A stretch of DNA of 64,000 nt from Candidatus Krumholzibacteriota bacterium (GTDB lineage: Bacteria; Krumholzibacteriota; Krumholzibacteriia; JAJRXK01), in contig CAVXTH010000009.1 of NCBI GenBank assembly GCA_963764625.1, positions 320,001 to 384,000 on the forward strand. Reading direction: 5' to 3'. Both the position numbers and the translations under genes were made by a program. This document shows positions 20,186 through 30,373 of the stretch, in pieces (positions within the stretch are counted from its first letter, which is position 1; every line of letters starts with the position of its first letter). The notes under the pieces are model-generated. The model was given only the letters and a program-made list of their open reading frames with translations, had not been told where the DNA came from and did not search any database.

Positions 20186-21382
20186 ATGTCGGGTAGCAAG
20201 GGGACAAGCCGGGTTTCATTCGCCATTTTCGCGGTCTTGGCCTTGACGATCGCGAGCACGAGTATGGCTATGGCCAAGGAGATGACCGTCGAGTGGAAGG
20301 ACGGCCTGAACTTCAAGAGTCCGGAGGATGGAGTTTCGATGAAACTCGGCGGACGCATCCTCAACGACTGGGCCTGGTTTTCCGAGAGAAAGGATGCCCA
20401 GGTCTCCACCGCGGATGCCACGGAATTCCGTCGTGCGCGCATGTACATGTCGGGCAAGCTCGGAGGAGGTCTCATCTTCAAGAGCCAGATCGACTTCTCC
20501 AGCGGTGAAGTCGCCTTCAAGGACATGTACATGGGAATCGAAGGTCTGCCGGTTGTGGGAGAGCTCACCGTGGGCCAGCAGCACGAGCCGTTCAGCCTCG
20601 AGGAGCTCACCAGCAGCAACTACATCACTTTCATGGAGCGCTCCCCCGCCGCGGTCTTTGACGTGGAGCGCAACACGGGCATCATGGTCAAGAACGGTTG
20701 GGCGAAGGAGCGAGTGCTTGCCTCCTTCGGGATCTTCCGCGACACCGGTGAGACCGGCAAGGGAAGCGGCGATGCCAAGTACAACTACTCGGCTCGTCTG
20801 AGCGGTCTGCCCTACGAGGACACTGAGCATCATCGCTTGATTCATGTGGGAGTCGCCGGGAGTTTTCGCAAGACTCAAGAGGGCATTTATCAGGTTTCAG
20901 TCAAACCATCCTCACACTTGACGAGCTCGATTCTGAAGAGCGACGAGCTGGCGGCCAACGAATATTTGCTCGCCGGCTTCGAGGCCGCCACCGTATGGGG
21001 CCCGTTCTCGCTGGACGCCGAGTACAAGCTCGCGGACATCAACGTCGCGATGGGAGACAATCCGAAACTGAGCGGCTTCTACCTTTCCGGAAGCTGGTTT
21101 CTGACCGGGGAGAGCCGACCCTACAAGCACTCCGAAGGCGCCTTCGGTCACGTGAAACCGAGCAAGCCTTTGGGCACCGGCGCGGGAGCCTGGGAAGTGG
21201 CGGCTCGGGTCGCGCACGTCGATCTGGCTGACGCCAACGGTGGCCAGCTGGACGATTACACCTTGGGAATCAACTGGTACGCCAACAACAATGCCCGGGT
21301 GATGCTCAACTACGTCTACTCCGACGCGAACGAGTACGGTCGGTTCAGCGGGTTGCAGACTCGATTCATGGTATATTTCTAG
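20186..21382 (+). CDS. Phosphate-selective porin, OprO/OprP family
   Basis: Signal peptide, EFRRARM, FSLEELTSSNYITFMERS, FLTGESRPY, GAWEVAAR, TLGINWY, terminal Phe. Confidence 0.92.
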   Translation: MSGSKGTSRVSFAIFAVLALTIASTSMAMAKEMTVEWKDGLNFKSPEDGVSMKLGGRILNDWAWFSERKDAQVSTADATEFRRARMYMSGKLGGGLIFKSQIDFSSGEVAFKDMYMGIEGLPVVGELTVGQQHEPFSLEELTSSNYITFMERSPAAVFDVERNTGIMVKNGWAKERVLASFGIFRDTGETGKGSGDAKYNYSARLSGLPYEDTEHHRLIHVGVAGSFRKTQEGIYQVSVKPSSHLTSSILKSDELAANEYLLAGFEAATVWGPFSLDAEYKLADINVAMGDNPKLSGFYLSGSWFLTGESRPYKHSEGAFGHVKPSKPLGTGAGAWEVAARVAHVDLADANGGQLDDYTLGINWYANNNARVMLNYVYSDANEYGRFSGLQTRFMVYF

Positions 21383-21396
21383 GGCATCTCCATCCG

Positions 21397-21433
21397 CCGG
21401 CGCAGAGTTCGGTACGCAGGGGCTCTGCGTCGG
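21397..21433 (+). terminator. Intercistronic stem-loop without U-tract
   Basis: CCGGCGCAGAGTTC pairs with GGGCTCTGCGTCGG (14 bp including G-U pairs) between the porin and phoU. Confidence 0.5.
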
Positions 21434-21463
21434 ACCTTCCCCGAGATCGTCGAGGAGACCGGA

Positions 21464-22120
21464 ATGAAACACCTCGATCGCGCTCTCGACCATCTCAGCG
21501 TCGACATTCTCGCGGTGGGCAAGAGAGTCGACGACGCCCTCAGCACCGCTGCACAGGCGTATCTGGGACAGGACATGGTGGCGGCGCGCACCGTCATCGA
21601 GGGCGACAGGGAGATCGACGCTCTCGAGGTGGAAGTCGAGGAGGAATGTCTGAAGATCCTGGCACTGCACCAGCCGGTCGCGGCTGACCTGCGCTACGTG
21701 GTTACTGCTCTCAAGGTCAATAACGACCTCGAGCGCATCGGCGATCTTTCGGCCAACATCGGTCACCGTACCGTGAGTCTGGCCGCACTGGGAGAGATGC
21801 ACGCGCCGACCACGCTATCGGTGATGAGCCGTATTTCCCTGGAAATGGTGAGAAAGAGCCTCGAGGCGCTCGTCAACCGCGACACCGCTTCCGCGCGTGA
21901 GGTGCTCGAGGAGGACAACCGGCTGGACGAGTTGCATCGCCGCACGATTTCGGAATTGATGGCTCTGATGGCCCAAGACTCTTCCACCGTCACCGAGGCG
22001 ACGCAGCACCTCTCCGTCTCGCGATGTTTCGAACGCATCGGAGACCTGGCCACCAACATCGCCGAAGACGTGATCTTTCTCGTCGACGGCGATGTGGTGC
22101 GGCACGGGGGCTCTATTTAG
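21464..22120 (+). CDS. phoU: Phosphate signalling protein PhoU
   Basis: ALHQPVAADLR, NDLERIGD, FERIGDLATNIAEDVIF. Confidence 0.95.
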   Translation: MKHLDRALDHLSVDILAVGKRVDDALSTAAQAYLGQDMVAARTVIEGDREIDALEVEVEEECLKILALHQPVAADLRYVVTALKVNNDLERIGDLSANIGHRTVSLAALGEMHAPTTLSVMSRISLEMVRKSLEALVNRDTASAREVLEEDNRLDELHRRTISELMALMAQDSSTVTEATQHLSVSRCFERIGDLATNIAEDVIFLVDGDVVRHGGSI

Positions 22121-22130
22121 GTCGTACTCC

Positions 22131-22586
22131 TCAACTCAGCGAGGTAGTACAAAACGCGCACCGGGTCGCCTTGATGGGAATGGTGGAAAGGCACTGGGGG
22201 CATTCCCTGGTCGTGGGCTCGGCCGGCGCGGGAGCTGGCTCTTCTCTCTTGAGCCGGTTGATCGACCGGACGACAAAAAAGACCGCGAATGCCACGATGA
22301 GGAAGCTGATTACGGTGTTGATGAAGACGCCCAGGTTGAGCGTTACCGCGCCTGCCTCTTGAGCCGCGAGCAGGGTATCATAGGGACCCGCGATTTCCGC
22401 GCCGTGCTTGAGTACCACGAAAAGGTTGCTGAAGTCGACTCCGCCGAGCAGCAGGCCGATGGGCGGCATGATGATGTCGGCAACTAGGGACTTTACGATG
22501 GTGGAGAAGGCGGCGCCGATGATGATCCCGACCGCCATGTCCACCACGTTGCCTTTGACCGCGAATTCCTTGAATTCCTTGAGCAT
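22131..22586 (-). CDS. mscL: Large-conductance mechanosensitive channel with C-terminal Cys4 tail
   Basis: [24 protein letters not shown]; C-terminal CPQC...CAFC. Confidence 0.95.
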   Translation of the reverse strand: MLKEFKEFAVKGNVVDMAVGIIIGAAFSTIVKSLVADIIMPPIGLLLGGVDFSNLFVVLKHGAEIAGPYDTLLAAQEAGAVTLNLGVFINTVISFLIVAFAVFFVVRSINRLKREEPAPAPAEPTTRECPQCLSTIPIKATRCAFCTTSLS

Positions 22587-22709
22587 CTCATCCTCCAGTG
22601 CTCCTGAGAGCGGGGCCGAACGAGCTGGGAGCCCTCCAGCAGACGCTTGCTTGGAAAAAATGTCGGAGATCCGTCCCAGCGTGTCTAGCTCAATCTGACG
22701 GGGCGAGAC

Positions 22710-23419
22710 TCACAGGGGGCGGTAGGTGCGGAAGATGAAATCCCACAGCGGAGTGGAAATCCCGAAGCGATCGTGCCGCGGATCGAAATGGTGCTGGAGA
22801 TGGTATTGGCGCAACCACTTTCCGATCCCCCGCGTGGGATGGAAGTGGTGCGTGTAGTAGTGAATCCAGTCGTAGGCCAGATATCCCAGGAAAGTGCCCG
22901 CGAAGACCTGGGCCCACAGCGCAGAGCCGAAGATCAGGTAGTACAGAAAGCCCGTGACGGTTCCCAAGAGTCCGATCATCAAAGGAGGAGCGACGAGCCG
23001 CATCTTGTCGTCGGGGAACTCGTGGTGATACCCGTGCGCCATGAACATCCACATCTTCCCCCCCACCCCGGGGGCTGGTAGTGGAAGACCCAGCGATGGA
23101 GGATGTACTCGAGCAGAGTCCAGAGAAGAAAGCCCACCGCCATCAGGCCCAAAGTACCCGGGAAGGTCGAGTGGCCGAGCACGATTCCCCGGTAAAACCC
23201 CAAGGCGAGGAAGGGCAGGGTGTAGAAGAGCGGCGTAACCGGGTGAGCCTTGCTCAAGAACCTCTCGACCTTGTCATGGCGAAAGATCCGAATGCCCTCC
23301 TTACGCCTGCGGTTCTCGGGCATGGGAGGATTTTCGATGCTCTGCCAGTGATCCACGACCTCGAGGAGTTCATCGGACCAGACAGCTTGTCCTCGGCGAT
23401 AGGCGACCGATTCTGTCAT
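22710..23419 (-). pseudogene. Fatty acid hydroxylase / sterol desaturase family protein (FA2H/Scs7-like), frameshifted in a G7 run
   Basis: His boxes EYILHRWVFH, HGYHH, YDWIHYYTHH, YHLQHHF; a G8 run at 23058-23064 would restore a single ORF of about 236 aa. Confidence 0.85.
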
Positions 23420-23580
23420 GAGGACTCTCGCAGTTGGAGAAGGGACCAAACGACACGGCTTCAATGGCAAAAGTGTAGACGGCCCGCCCACCCTCAGCCA
23501 GGACAAACTGGTTTCGAGCTGTGCTTTCGTGTAATGATACGCACTGCAAGCAGTTGCCCGTTCGCCTGGGGAGGGGAACC

Positions 23581-24342
23581 ATGACATCTCCGGTTTCGTC
23601 GTGGCGCATTCTGGTGGCGGGCGCGGCCGGTGCGATCGGCAGCGGCATCGTCACCGAGCTCGTCGGCAGCGGCGCGCGGGTTGTGGCGGTGGACCGGGAC
23701 GAGACGGGATTGCGCCGTTTGAAGCAGCAGCTCTCTTCGACGCCGTTGAGCCGCTTGAGCACGGAGGGCTGTGATCTCGCCCACGCCGACCGGGTCGCGG
23801 AGCTGGCTCGACACATTCTTTCCACCGGAGAAGGGCTGGATGCGCTCGTGTGCTGTCTGGGCCTCTGGTGGGAAGCGGGTAGGCTTCGCGAAGTGGAGAT
23901 TCTGGAGGAATGGGAGCGAGTTGAGAGGAGCACGATCGTGCCCCAGTTGCTCCTCACCCGCGCGTTTGTGCCGGTCCTGGCGCGGAATGACGAAGCTCGT
24001 TGTCTGTGGATCAACGGCGGAACCGCCGAGACACCGCAACCAGGAGCGGGGCTTTCCAACCTCGCCTCGGCGGCGCAGCTGATGCTCGCGCGCGTACTGA
24101 GCGCCGAAGAGGAACGCCTGCACACCGTCACCCTTCTGCTCGAAGGTCCGGTGCGTTCGCGCAAGATGTCCAGCGGTGAACCGGATTGGATGGACGACCG
24201 CGGGGTGGGAGCGGCCTGCGTGCGCATCTTGGGCGCGAAGAATCTTCCCCGAGGTGCTATTCTCCGCGCCGGAAACCGTGCGGAATTGAACGACGTCCCT
24301 GCGGACATCCGCGAAAATCGACCTCCACCCGTCGAGGAGTGA
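23581..24342 (+). CDS. Atypical SDR family oxidoreductase
   Basis: GAAGAIGSG Rossmann motif; no YxxxK (reads LSNLASAAQ at that position). Confidence 0.75.
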   Translation: MTSPVSSWRILVAGAAGAIGSGIVTELVGSGARVVAVDRDETGLRRLKQQLSSTPLSRLSTEGCDLAHADRVAELARHILSTGEGLDALVCCLGLWWEAGRLREVEILEEWERVERSTIVPQLLLTRAFVPVLARNDEARCLWINGGTAETPQPGAGLSNLASAAQLMLARVLSAEEERLHTVTLLLEGPVRSRKMSSGEPDWMDDRGVGAACVRILGAKNLPRGAILRAGNRAELNDVPADIRENRPPPVEE

Positions 24343-24347
24343 CGACG

Positions 24348-24851
24348 ATGAAGGATTGCCCCTGCCATTCGGGATGGGACTACGAGAAGTGCTGCGGGCC
24401 CGTGCTCCGCGGCGAAGAGAACGCCGCGACGGCGGAAGACCTGATGCGCGCTCGGTACTGCGCCTACGTGGAAGGAGAGATCGACTTCATCGTCGACTCC
24501 ACCTGGCCGCAAAAACGCGAGGAACTCGACCTGGAGCACATCAGGGAGTGGTCAGAAAGCTCGAAGTGGCAGGACCTCGAGATCTTCGAAGGTTCAAAGG
24601 ACCAAGAGGACCGCGACGAACAGGTGGTGGAGTTCAAGGCCTATTACGTCGACGCACAAGGGGAGGAAGTGGTCCATCACGAGCGAAGCCTCTTCCGGCG
24701 CGAAGAGGGCCGTTGGTATTTCGTCGACGGAACCCCCGGTCGGCAGGAACCGGTGCGGAGAGAGAACCCCAAAGTGGGTCGGAATGATCCCTGCCCCTGC
24801 GGCAGCGGCAAGAAATTCAAGAAATGCTGTGAGCTCAAAGCGAGAGCATGA
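24348..24851 (+). CDS. ychJ: YchJ family SEC-C motif protein
   Basis: CPCHSG...[42 protein letters not shown]. Confidence 0.92.
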   Translation: MKDCPCHSGWDYEKCCGPVLRGEENAATAEDLMRARYCAYVEGEIDFIVDSTWPQKREELDLEHIREWSESSKWQDLEIFEGSKDQEDRDEQVVEFKAYYVDAQGEEVVHHERSLFRREEGRWYFVDGTPGRQEPVRRENPKVGRNDPCPCGSGKKFKKCCELKARA

Positions 24852-25741
24852 ACTACCTGGGAGAGATCTTCGCTCTCGCGGCACCCCTCAGCTGGTCCAT
24901 CGCGGTCATCCTCTTCCACAAAACGGGAAGAGTGGTGCCGCCGCTCGCACTGAACCTCTTCAAGAACTCGGTGGCGTTCGTCCTGTTCCTGTTGACCATG
25001 TTCCTGGTACGTGAGCCCATCGTTCGATCGCATCCGGTTTCCCTCTATTTCTTGCTGCTGACGAGTGGGGTGATCGGCATCGGGATCTCCGATACCCTCT
25101 TCTTCATGACCCTCAATCGAGTGGGCGCTGGAACGCAGGCGATCATCAACACCAGTTACAGCCCCTCGATCATCCTGCTCAGCTTTTTCTTTCTCGGTGA
25201 GCGCTTGAGTCCACTCCAACTCCTCGGCGTCGCCTTCATTCTCCTCGCGGTGTTGTCCCTGGCCTGGCCGACCAAAGGTCCCAAGCACCTTTCCCGGCGT
25301 ACGATCGTGGTGGGGATTCTGCTCGGTTTGGCCACGACGCTCACCCAGGCGGTCTCCATCGTGATGGTCAAACCGGTGTTGGCGGAGATTCCGCTTCTGT
25401 GGGCCAATCTCTGGCGATTGGCTGGGGGGCTTCTCACCTCGATTCTCCTCATCGGGTTCTTGCCCGGTCTGAGCATCGGGCTCAAGAGCCTGAAGAACGT
25501 CGCGATCTGGCCCTCCATGATCCCGGGCGCGGTGATGGGCACCTACGTGTCGCTACTCTTCTGGCTGGGGGGCATGAAGTACACCTTGGCCTCCACCGCG
25601 GCCGCTCTGAATCAGACCGCGACCCTCTGGACCTTCGTTCTGGCGGTTCTCGTGCTGCACGAGCCCCTGACGAGAGGCCGCTTGCTCGGACTCTGCGGAG
25701 GACTGGCGGGAGTCGCGCTCGTCACCTTCGGCCAGTCCTAG
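24848..25741 (+). CDS. DMT/EamA family transporter
   Basis: About 10 TM helices with two EamA repeats ending LGERLS and LHEPLT. Confidence 0.9.
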   Translation: MNYLGEIFALAAPLSWSIAVILFHKTGRVVPPLALNLFKNSVAFVLFLLTMFLVREPIVRSHPVSLYFLLLTSGVIGIGISDTLFFMTLNRVGAGTQAIINTSYSPSIILLSFFFLGERLSPLQLLGVAFILLAVLSLAWPTKGPKHLSRRTIVVGILLGLATTLTQAVSIVMVKPVLAEIPLLWANLWRLAGGLLTSILLIGFLPGLSIGLKSLKNVAIWPSMIPGAVMGTYVSLLFWLGGMKYTLASTAAALNQTATLWTFVLAVLVLHEPLTRGRLLGLCGGLAGVALVTFGQS

Positions 25742-25859
25742 TTGGCACGAATCCTTCCTGCATGAACCAGAGTGTCGTTTAAAAGCCCCAGAATGGGGTG
25801 GCCTTAGTGCGTTTTGCACGATTGTGCCCTTCATGAGCGAGGGCAGCAGGAGGATGACC

Positions 25860-26852
25860 ATGATTGGGAGTTTGAAAGCCCGGGCCCTGCTTCTCTTGGT
25901 GCCGATCTCCATTCTGGCGATCTCAGCCTGCAAGGATGGTAGTGGCGGACTCGATCCGATCGTTCCCGCAGCGGGTACGAACATCGCCGCGAACGAGTTC
26001 GTGACCGCAATCGCCCAAGAAAGCCAGCCGGGAGTCTATACGGACGCCCTGATGCCCCGGGGATCCACCGAGGGGCCGATGCTCTTGGGTCCGCGCGAGT
26101 ACGTGCAGGGTTCTTCGGCGCTGGTGCAAGTGATCACCGATTCCTCGGCCACCGAACTCGTCGTCAGTGTGGCCAATACCTCTTCGGGTTACTGGACTAT
26201 TCCCCTGACCACCTCCGCCAAGGCGGCGGTGAGGGATGGCGCGGACTTCCTGCCGGGGACGGAGGCGACCCTCACCAAGATCGCGGTGAGCGAGGGATCT
26301 CGAGCCGCCGCGGTCGCGTCCTCGAATGCTTGGATCTTGACCATCACCCCCACCGGAACTCCGGGGCGCACCTCCTTCAGACTGCTCGTGGCGCAGCGCA
26401 CGCCGGAAGGTCTGAGTCTCGCGAGCTCGCACACGGTCTATCAGAACGCCACCGCAGTTGGATCGGATGCCCTGCAGGTGAGTCTGAACTGGCTCGATCC
26501 CGTCGACATGGATCTCCACGTGGAGACTCCCGATGGAGGAGACATCCATTGGGGCGCCCCGAGCGGAGCCCAAGGTGGTGTGCTCGATCTGGACTCCAAC
26601 CCGGCGTGCAGCATCGATGGCACGAACAACGAGAACATCACCTGGCTGAGCACGACGCCGGTCGCGGGCACCTATACGGTGCGGCTCGACCTGTGGTCGG
26701 CCTGCGCGCAATCGGGTCCCTTCCCCTACATCATCACGATCACCGTGAACGGGGAGACCTCGCTCTACCAGGGTGAGCTTCTGGCGACAGATGCCGATGC
26801 GGGCGGCGCTCATTCCGGCCAGATCATCCATACCCTGACCGTAGGCGGCTGA
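25860..26852 (+). CDS. Lipoprotein with C-terminal YfaP/DUF2135-like domain
   Basis: SD AGGAGG; lipobox ISAC; LQVSLNW..VDMDLHVETPDG, LDLDSN, NENITW, GTYTVR. Confidence 0.75.
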   Translation: MIGSLKARALLLLVPISILAISACKDGSGGLDPIVPAAGTNIAANEFVTAIAQESQPGVYTDALMPRGSTEGPMLLGPREYVQGSSALVQVITDSSATELVVSVANTSSGYWTIPLTTSAKAAVRDGADFLPGTEATLTKIAVSEGSRAAAVASSNAWILTITPTGTPGRTSFRLLVAQRTPEGLSLASSHTVYQNATAVGSDALQVSLNWLDPVDMDLHVETPDGGDIHWGAPSGAQGGVLDLDSNPACSIDGTNNENITWLSTTPVAGTYTVRLDLWSACAQSGPFPYIITITVNGETSLYQGELLATDADAGGAHSGQIIHTLTVGG

Positions 26853-26905
26853 TTCGAGTCGCCTTGGTGCCTCGTCTGTCGTACAGAGGTGTGCGAAGAT
26901 GGGTT

Positions 26906-26931
26906 GGGGCCGCTCCCTCGGGGGCGGCCCC
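26906..26931. terminator. Hairpin between convergent genes
   Basis: GGGGCCGCTCCC-TC-GGGGGCGGCCCC. Confidence 0.6.
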
Positions 26932-26939
26932 GTCTTGGA

Positions 26940-27359
26940 TCAGCTCTCGACGATCTCGAAACTGGTGCTCACACTCGCGGGCCGGGCGACGGTCTGACTC
27001 ACCACGCAGTATTTCTCCCCGGACAGTTCGATGGCTTTTTTCAGACGCTTCTCGCTGATTCCCTTGCCCTTGGCGACGAAGTGGATGCGAACCGTGTGGA
27101 ATGGTTTGGGATAGTCTTCGTTCTGCTCGGCCTTCACCGTGATCTTCAAACTGTCCAGGGGCTGACGCGCCTTCCTCATGATGCGCACCACGTCGACACC
27201 GGTGCATGAAGCGATTCCGAAGAGGAGCAATTCGGTGGGCTTGGGGCCACTCTCGTCTCCGCCCACTCGGCGCGCAGTATCCGTGCGGACGGTATGACCG
27301 AAGACACTGGTTCCTTCGAAGGCGTCTCCGTTGGCCCAGTTCATGGTGATTTCTTCCAA
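26940..27359 (-). CDS. OsmC/YhfA family protein
   Basis: GPKPTELLL..IASCTGVDV, AIELSGEKYCVVS; TTG start after GAGGGAGG. Confidence 0.9.
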   Translation of the reverse strand: MEEITMNWANGDAFEGTSVFGHTVRTDTARRVGGDESGPKPTELLLFGIASCTGVDVVRIMRKARQPLDSLKITVKAEQNEDYPKPFHTVRIHFVAKGKGISEKRLKKAIELSGEKYCVVSQTVARPASVSTSFEIVES

Positions 27360-27642
27360 GACCCACCTCCCTCTCTTGCCATCCTGCCAAGCAGAGAATA
27401 CGAAGGGGAGAGTAAGCCAATTCCGGTGATCTTCCCATCCCCTTTCCGATGAATGCGGCCGCGATTCGTGAGTGTTGCGCGGGTGCTCGGCCGATGCGCG
27501 AAGATCTGCTCGCACGCGAGACGCCTCTCGGGGTAGAATGCCCACCTTGCGCATTGGTCGGTTTGACCTTAGTCGTCCAGACTCGATCTTCTAGAGCGCA
27601 AGTCCGCGACCTTCAGCAGTACTCGGATCAGGGAGTGAAGCC

Positions 27643-28305
27643 ATGAAGACCCTCAGATACACGCTGATTCTCGCTCTCCTCCTGAGCGCGTTAGGCTGTG
27701 CGAGCATGAGCCGCACCCAGAAGGGCGCCGCGGTGGGCACGGCGTCGGGCGCTGCGGTCGGAGCGATCGTGGGCCACGCCGCGGGAAACACCCTCTTGGG
27801 CGCTATCATCGGTGGAGCAGTGGGGGGAGCCGCGGGCACCTACATTGGCCACTACATGGACAAGCAGGCGGAAGAGTTGCAGCGAGACTTGAAGGGAGCG
27901 AAAATCGAGCGCGTGGGTGAGGGAATCAAGATCACCTTTGCTTCGGGCATCCTCTTCGACACCGACAAGGCGGAACTCAGACCAGTGGCCAAGGACAATC
28001 TGAGCGAGCTGGCGACGATCCTGAACAAATACTCTGACACCAACATTCTGGTGGAAGGCCACACCGATGCGACCGGAACCGAAGAGCACAACCTGAACCT
28101 CTCGGTCGCGCGCGCGCAAGCCACAGCCAACTATGTGACCGGGCTTCAGGTCGATCCGACCCGGTTCACGATCATGGGCTACGGAGAGTCCCAGCCGATC
28201 GCGGACAACAACACGGTCGAGGGCCGGCAGGCGAACCGCCGGGTAGAGATCGCGATCATGGCGAACGACAAGCTCAAGAAGGCGGCCAAGGAAGGCCAGG
28301 GCTAA
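27643..28305 (+). CDS. OmpA-family lipoprotein with glycine zipper (YiaD-like)
   Basis: Lipobox ALGC, GAAVGAIVG zipper, EGHTD, LSVARA, NRRVEI. Confidence 0.93.
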   Translation: MKTLRYTLILALLLSALGCASMSRTQKGAAVGTASGAAVGAIVGHAAGNTLLGAIIGGAVGGAAGTYIGHYMDKQAEELQRDLKGAKIERVGEGIKITFASGILFDTDKAELRPVAKDNLSELATILNKYSDTNILVEGHTDATGTEEHNLNLSVARAQATANYVTGLQVDPTRFTIMGYGESQPIADNNTVEGRQANRRVEIAIMANDKLKKAAKEGQG

Positions 28306-28357
28306 GCGCCCGGGGCTGCTGCCCGGTCCCGATTCCCAAGTCCAGCTGAGGACGGCG

Positions 28358-30319
28358 ATGGCGAAGGAGCACTCGGAGAAATCCAAGGCCGAGGAGGCGA
28401 AGAAGGCCTCAGAGGAAGCGGGTGAGTCCGCCGAGACCGGCTCCGAAGCGCCCATGTCGAGCCCGCGACTATGGGTCTTGGCTCTGATGGCCCTGGGCGT
28501 GGTGTTCGGAGACATCGGGACGAGCCCGCTCTACGCGATCCGCGTCTGCTTCAAAGGTGAATACGGAGTGCCCGTGAGCGGTGAGAATGTGCTCGGGGTA
28601 CTCTCCCTGATTTTCTGGTCGCTCATCTGGGTGATCTCGGTCAAGTACCTGGTGTTCATCATGCGCGCCGACAATGACGGGGAGGGCGGGATCATCGCCC
28701 TCATCGCCATCCTGTTGCCCAAGGGGAACGAGAAGAGAAGGACCCACTGGCTTCTGGTGTTTCTGGGTCTCTTCGGCGGCGCGCTGCTGTTCGGGGACGG
28801 CATGATCACGCCGGCCATCTCGGTGCTCAGCGCGGTGGAGGGGCTGGAAATCGCGGCGCCGGTGTTCTCCTCCTACGTGGTACCCACCACCATCGTGCTC
28901 TTGGCCGGTCTCTTTCTCTTGCAACGAAAGGGGACCGCGAGCGTGGGGTCGCTCTTTGGTCCGGTGGTCCTGCTCTGGTTTTTCGTGCTCATCGTGCTCG
29001 GACTGCACGGGATTTCTCGGGCCCCGCAGGTCCTGACCAGTTTGAATCCTCTCCACGCGGTTCACTTCTTCGTGGCGAACAGGGTTCGAGGTCTGCTCAC
29101 CCTCGGCGTCGTCTTCTTGGTCGTGACGGGAGGTGAGGCTCTCTACGCGGACATGGGGCACTTCGGGAGGCGTCCCATCCGACTTGCCTGGTTCGTCCTC
29201 GTTCTGCCCGGCCTGCTCATCAACTATCTCGGTCAGGGCGGACTCCTCCTCGCCAACCCACAGGCGGTGCGCAGTCCGTTCTTTTTGCTGGCCCCCTCTT
29301 GGGCCCTGGTTCCCCTGGTGATTCTTTCGACGGCCGCAACCATCATCGCGTCTCAGGCCGTCATCTCCGGCTCGTTTTCGATGGCGGGGCAGCTGGTGCA
29401 CCTCGGCTTCAGTCCCCGGGTGGAGATTCGTCACACCTCCGAGGAAGAGGCCGGTCAGATCTACGTACCGTCGGTGAACTGGATGCTGATGCTGGCTACC
29501 ATCGGTCTCGTGTTGGGCTTCGGATCTTCGGACAACCTGGCCGCGGCCTACGGAGTGGCGGTGACCACCACCATGGTGATCACCTCGATCATCTTCTACT
29601 TCGTGTGTCGAGAGAAGTGGCATTGGCCTCTTTGGAGTTCCCTGCTCCTTACGGGATCGTTCCTGGTGGCGGACCTGGCATTCTTCGGGGCCAACATCAT
29701 CAAGGTCGAACACGGGGGTTGGTTCCCGTTGTTGGTCGGAGCGATCATCTTCACCACCATGTCCACCTGGAAACGCGGGCGCGAGATCTTGGCCACCCGC
29801 TTGAGCGAAGGGGTGAATCCACTCGAGGACTTCCTGAAACAGATCAAGAAGGATCCTCCGCAACGGGTACCGGGAACCGCGGTCTTCATGACGAGCCAGC
29901 CGCAGATCGCCCCCCATGCCCTGATGCACAACCTCGAGCACAACCACGTGTTGCACGAGCGGGTGATTTTGCTCACCATTCGGATCGAGGACACGCCGAA
30001 GGTGCCCGCCACAGGAAGGCTTGATCTGGAGGAGCTTGGCAACGGGATCTACCAGGTGATCGGGCACTACGGGTTCATGGACACGGTCAACGTTCCCCGC
30101 CTGCTCACCACGGCCAAAGGGCGCGGTTTCGACTATGCTCTGGCCGAGACGACCTTCTTCTTGGGCCGGGAAACCCTCGTGCCCTCAAAGAGGCGCGGTA
30201 TGGCGCTCTGGCGGGAGTGGATCTTCACCCTCATGTCCCGCAACGCGCAAACCGCGGCTTCGTATTTCAAAATCCCGGCGGGCCGGGTTCTGGAAATCGG
30301 AGTCGAGGTCCAGCTCTGA
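28358..30319 (+). CDS. kup: Potassium uptake transporter Kup
   Basis: GVVFGDIGTSPLY, ADNDGEGG, TPAISVLSAVEGL, EALYADMGHFG, GQIYVP. Confidence 0.97.
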   Translation: MAKEHSEKSKAEEAKKASEEAGESAETGSEAPMSSPRLWVLALMALGVVFGDIGTSPLYAIRVCFKGEYGVPVSGENVLGVLSLIFWSLIWVISVKYLVFIMRADNDGEGGIIALIAILLPKGNEKRRTHWLLVFLGLFGGALLFGDGMITPAISVLSAVEGLEIAAPVFSSYVVPTTIVLLAGLFLLQRKGTASVGSLFGPVVLLWFFVLIVLGLHGISRAPQVLTSLNPLHAVHFFVANRVRGLLTLGVVFLVVTGGEALYADMGHFGRRPIRLAWFVLVLPGLLINYLGQGGLLLANPQAVRSPFFLLAPSWALVPLVILSTAATIIASQAVISGSFSMAGQLVHLGFSPRVEIRHTSEEEAGQIYVPSVNWMLMLATIGLVLGFGSSDNLAAAYGVAVTTTMVITSIIFYFVCREKWHWPLWSSLLLTGSFLVADLAFFGANIIKVEHGGWFPLLVGAIIFTTMSTWKRGREILATRLSEGVNPLEDFLKQIKKDPPQRVPGTAVFMTSQPQIAPHALMHNLEHNHVLHERVILLTIRIEDTPKVPATGRLDLEELGNGIYQVIGHYGFMDTVNVPRLLTTAKGRGFDYALAETTFFLGRETLVPSKRRGMALWREWIFTLMSRNAQTAASYFKIPAGRVLEIGVEVQL

Positions 30320-30373
30320 GCGAGTCGAACGTTCAACTCAACTCGTCATTTTCCAAGGCGGTGCAGCGTACTC

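Noticed and set aside
25742-25762. TGGCACG as a sigma54 promoter (also TGGAAC near 17358)
   Set aside because: The required GC at -12 is not at the GG-N10-GC spacing
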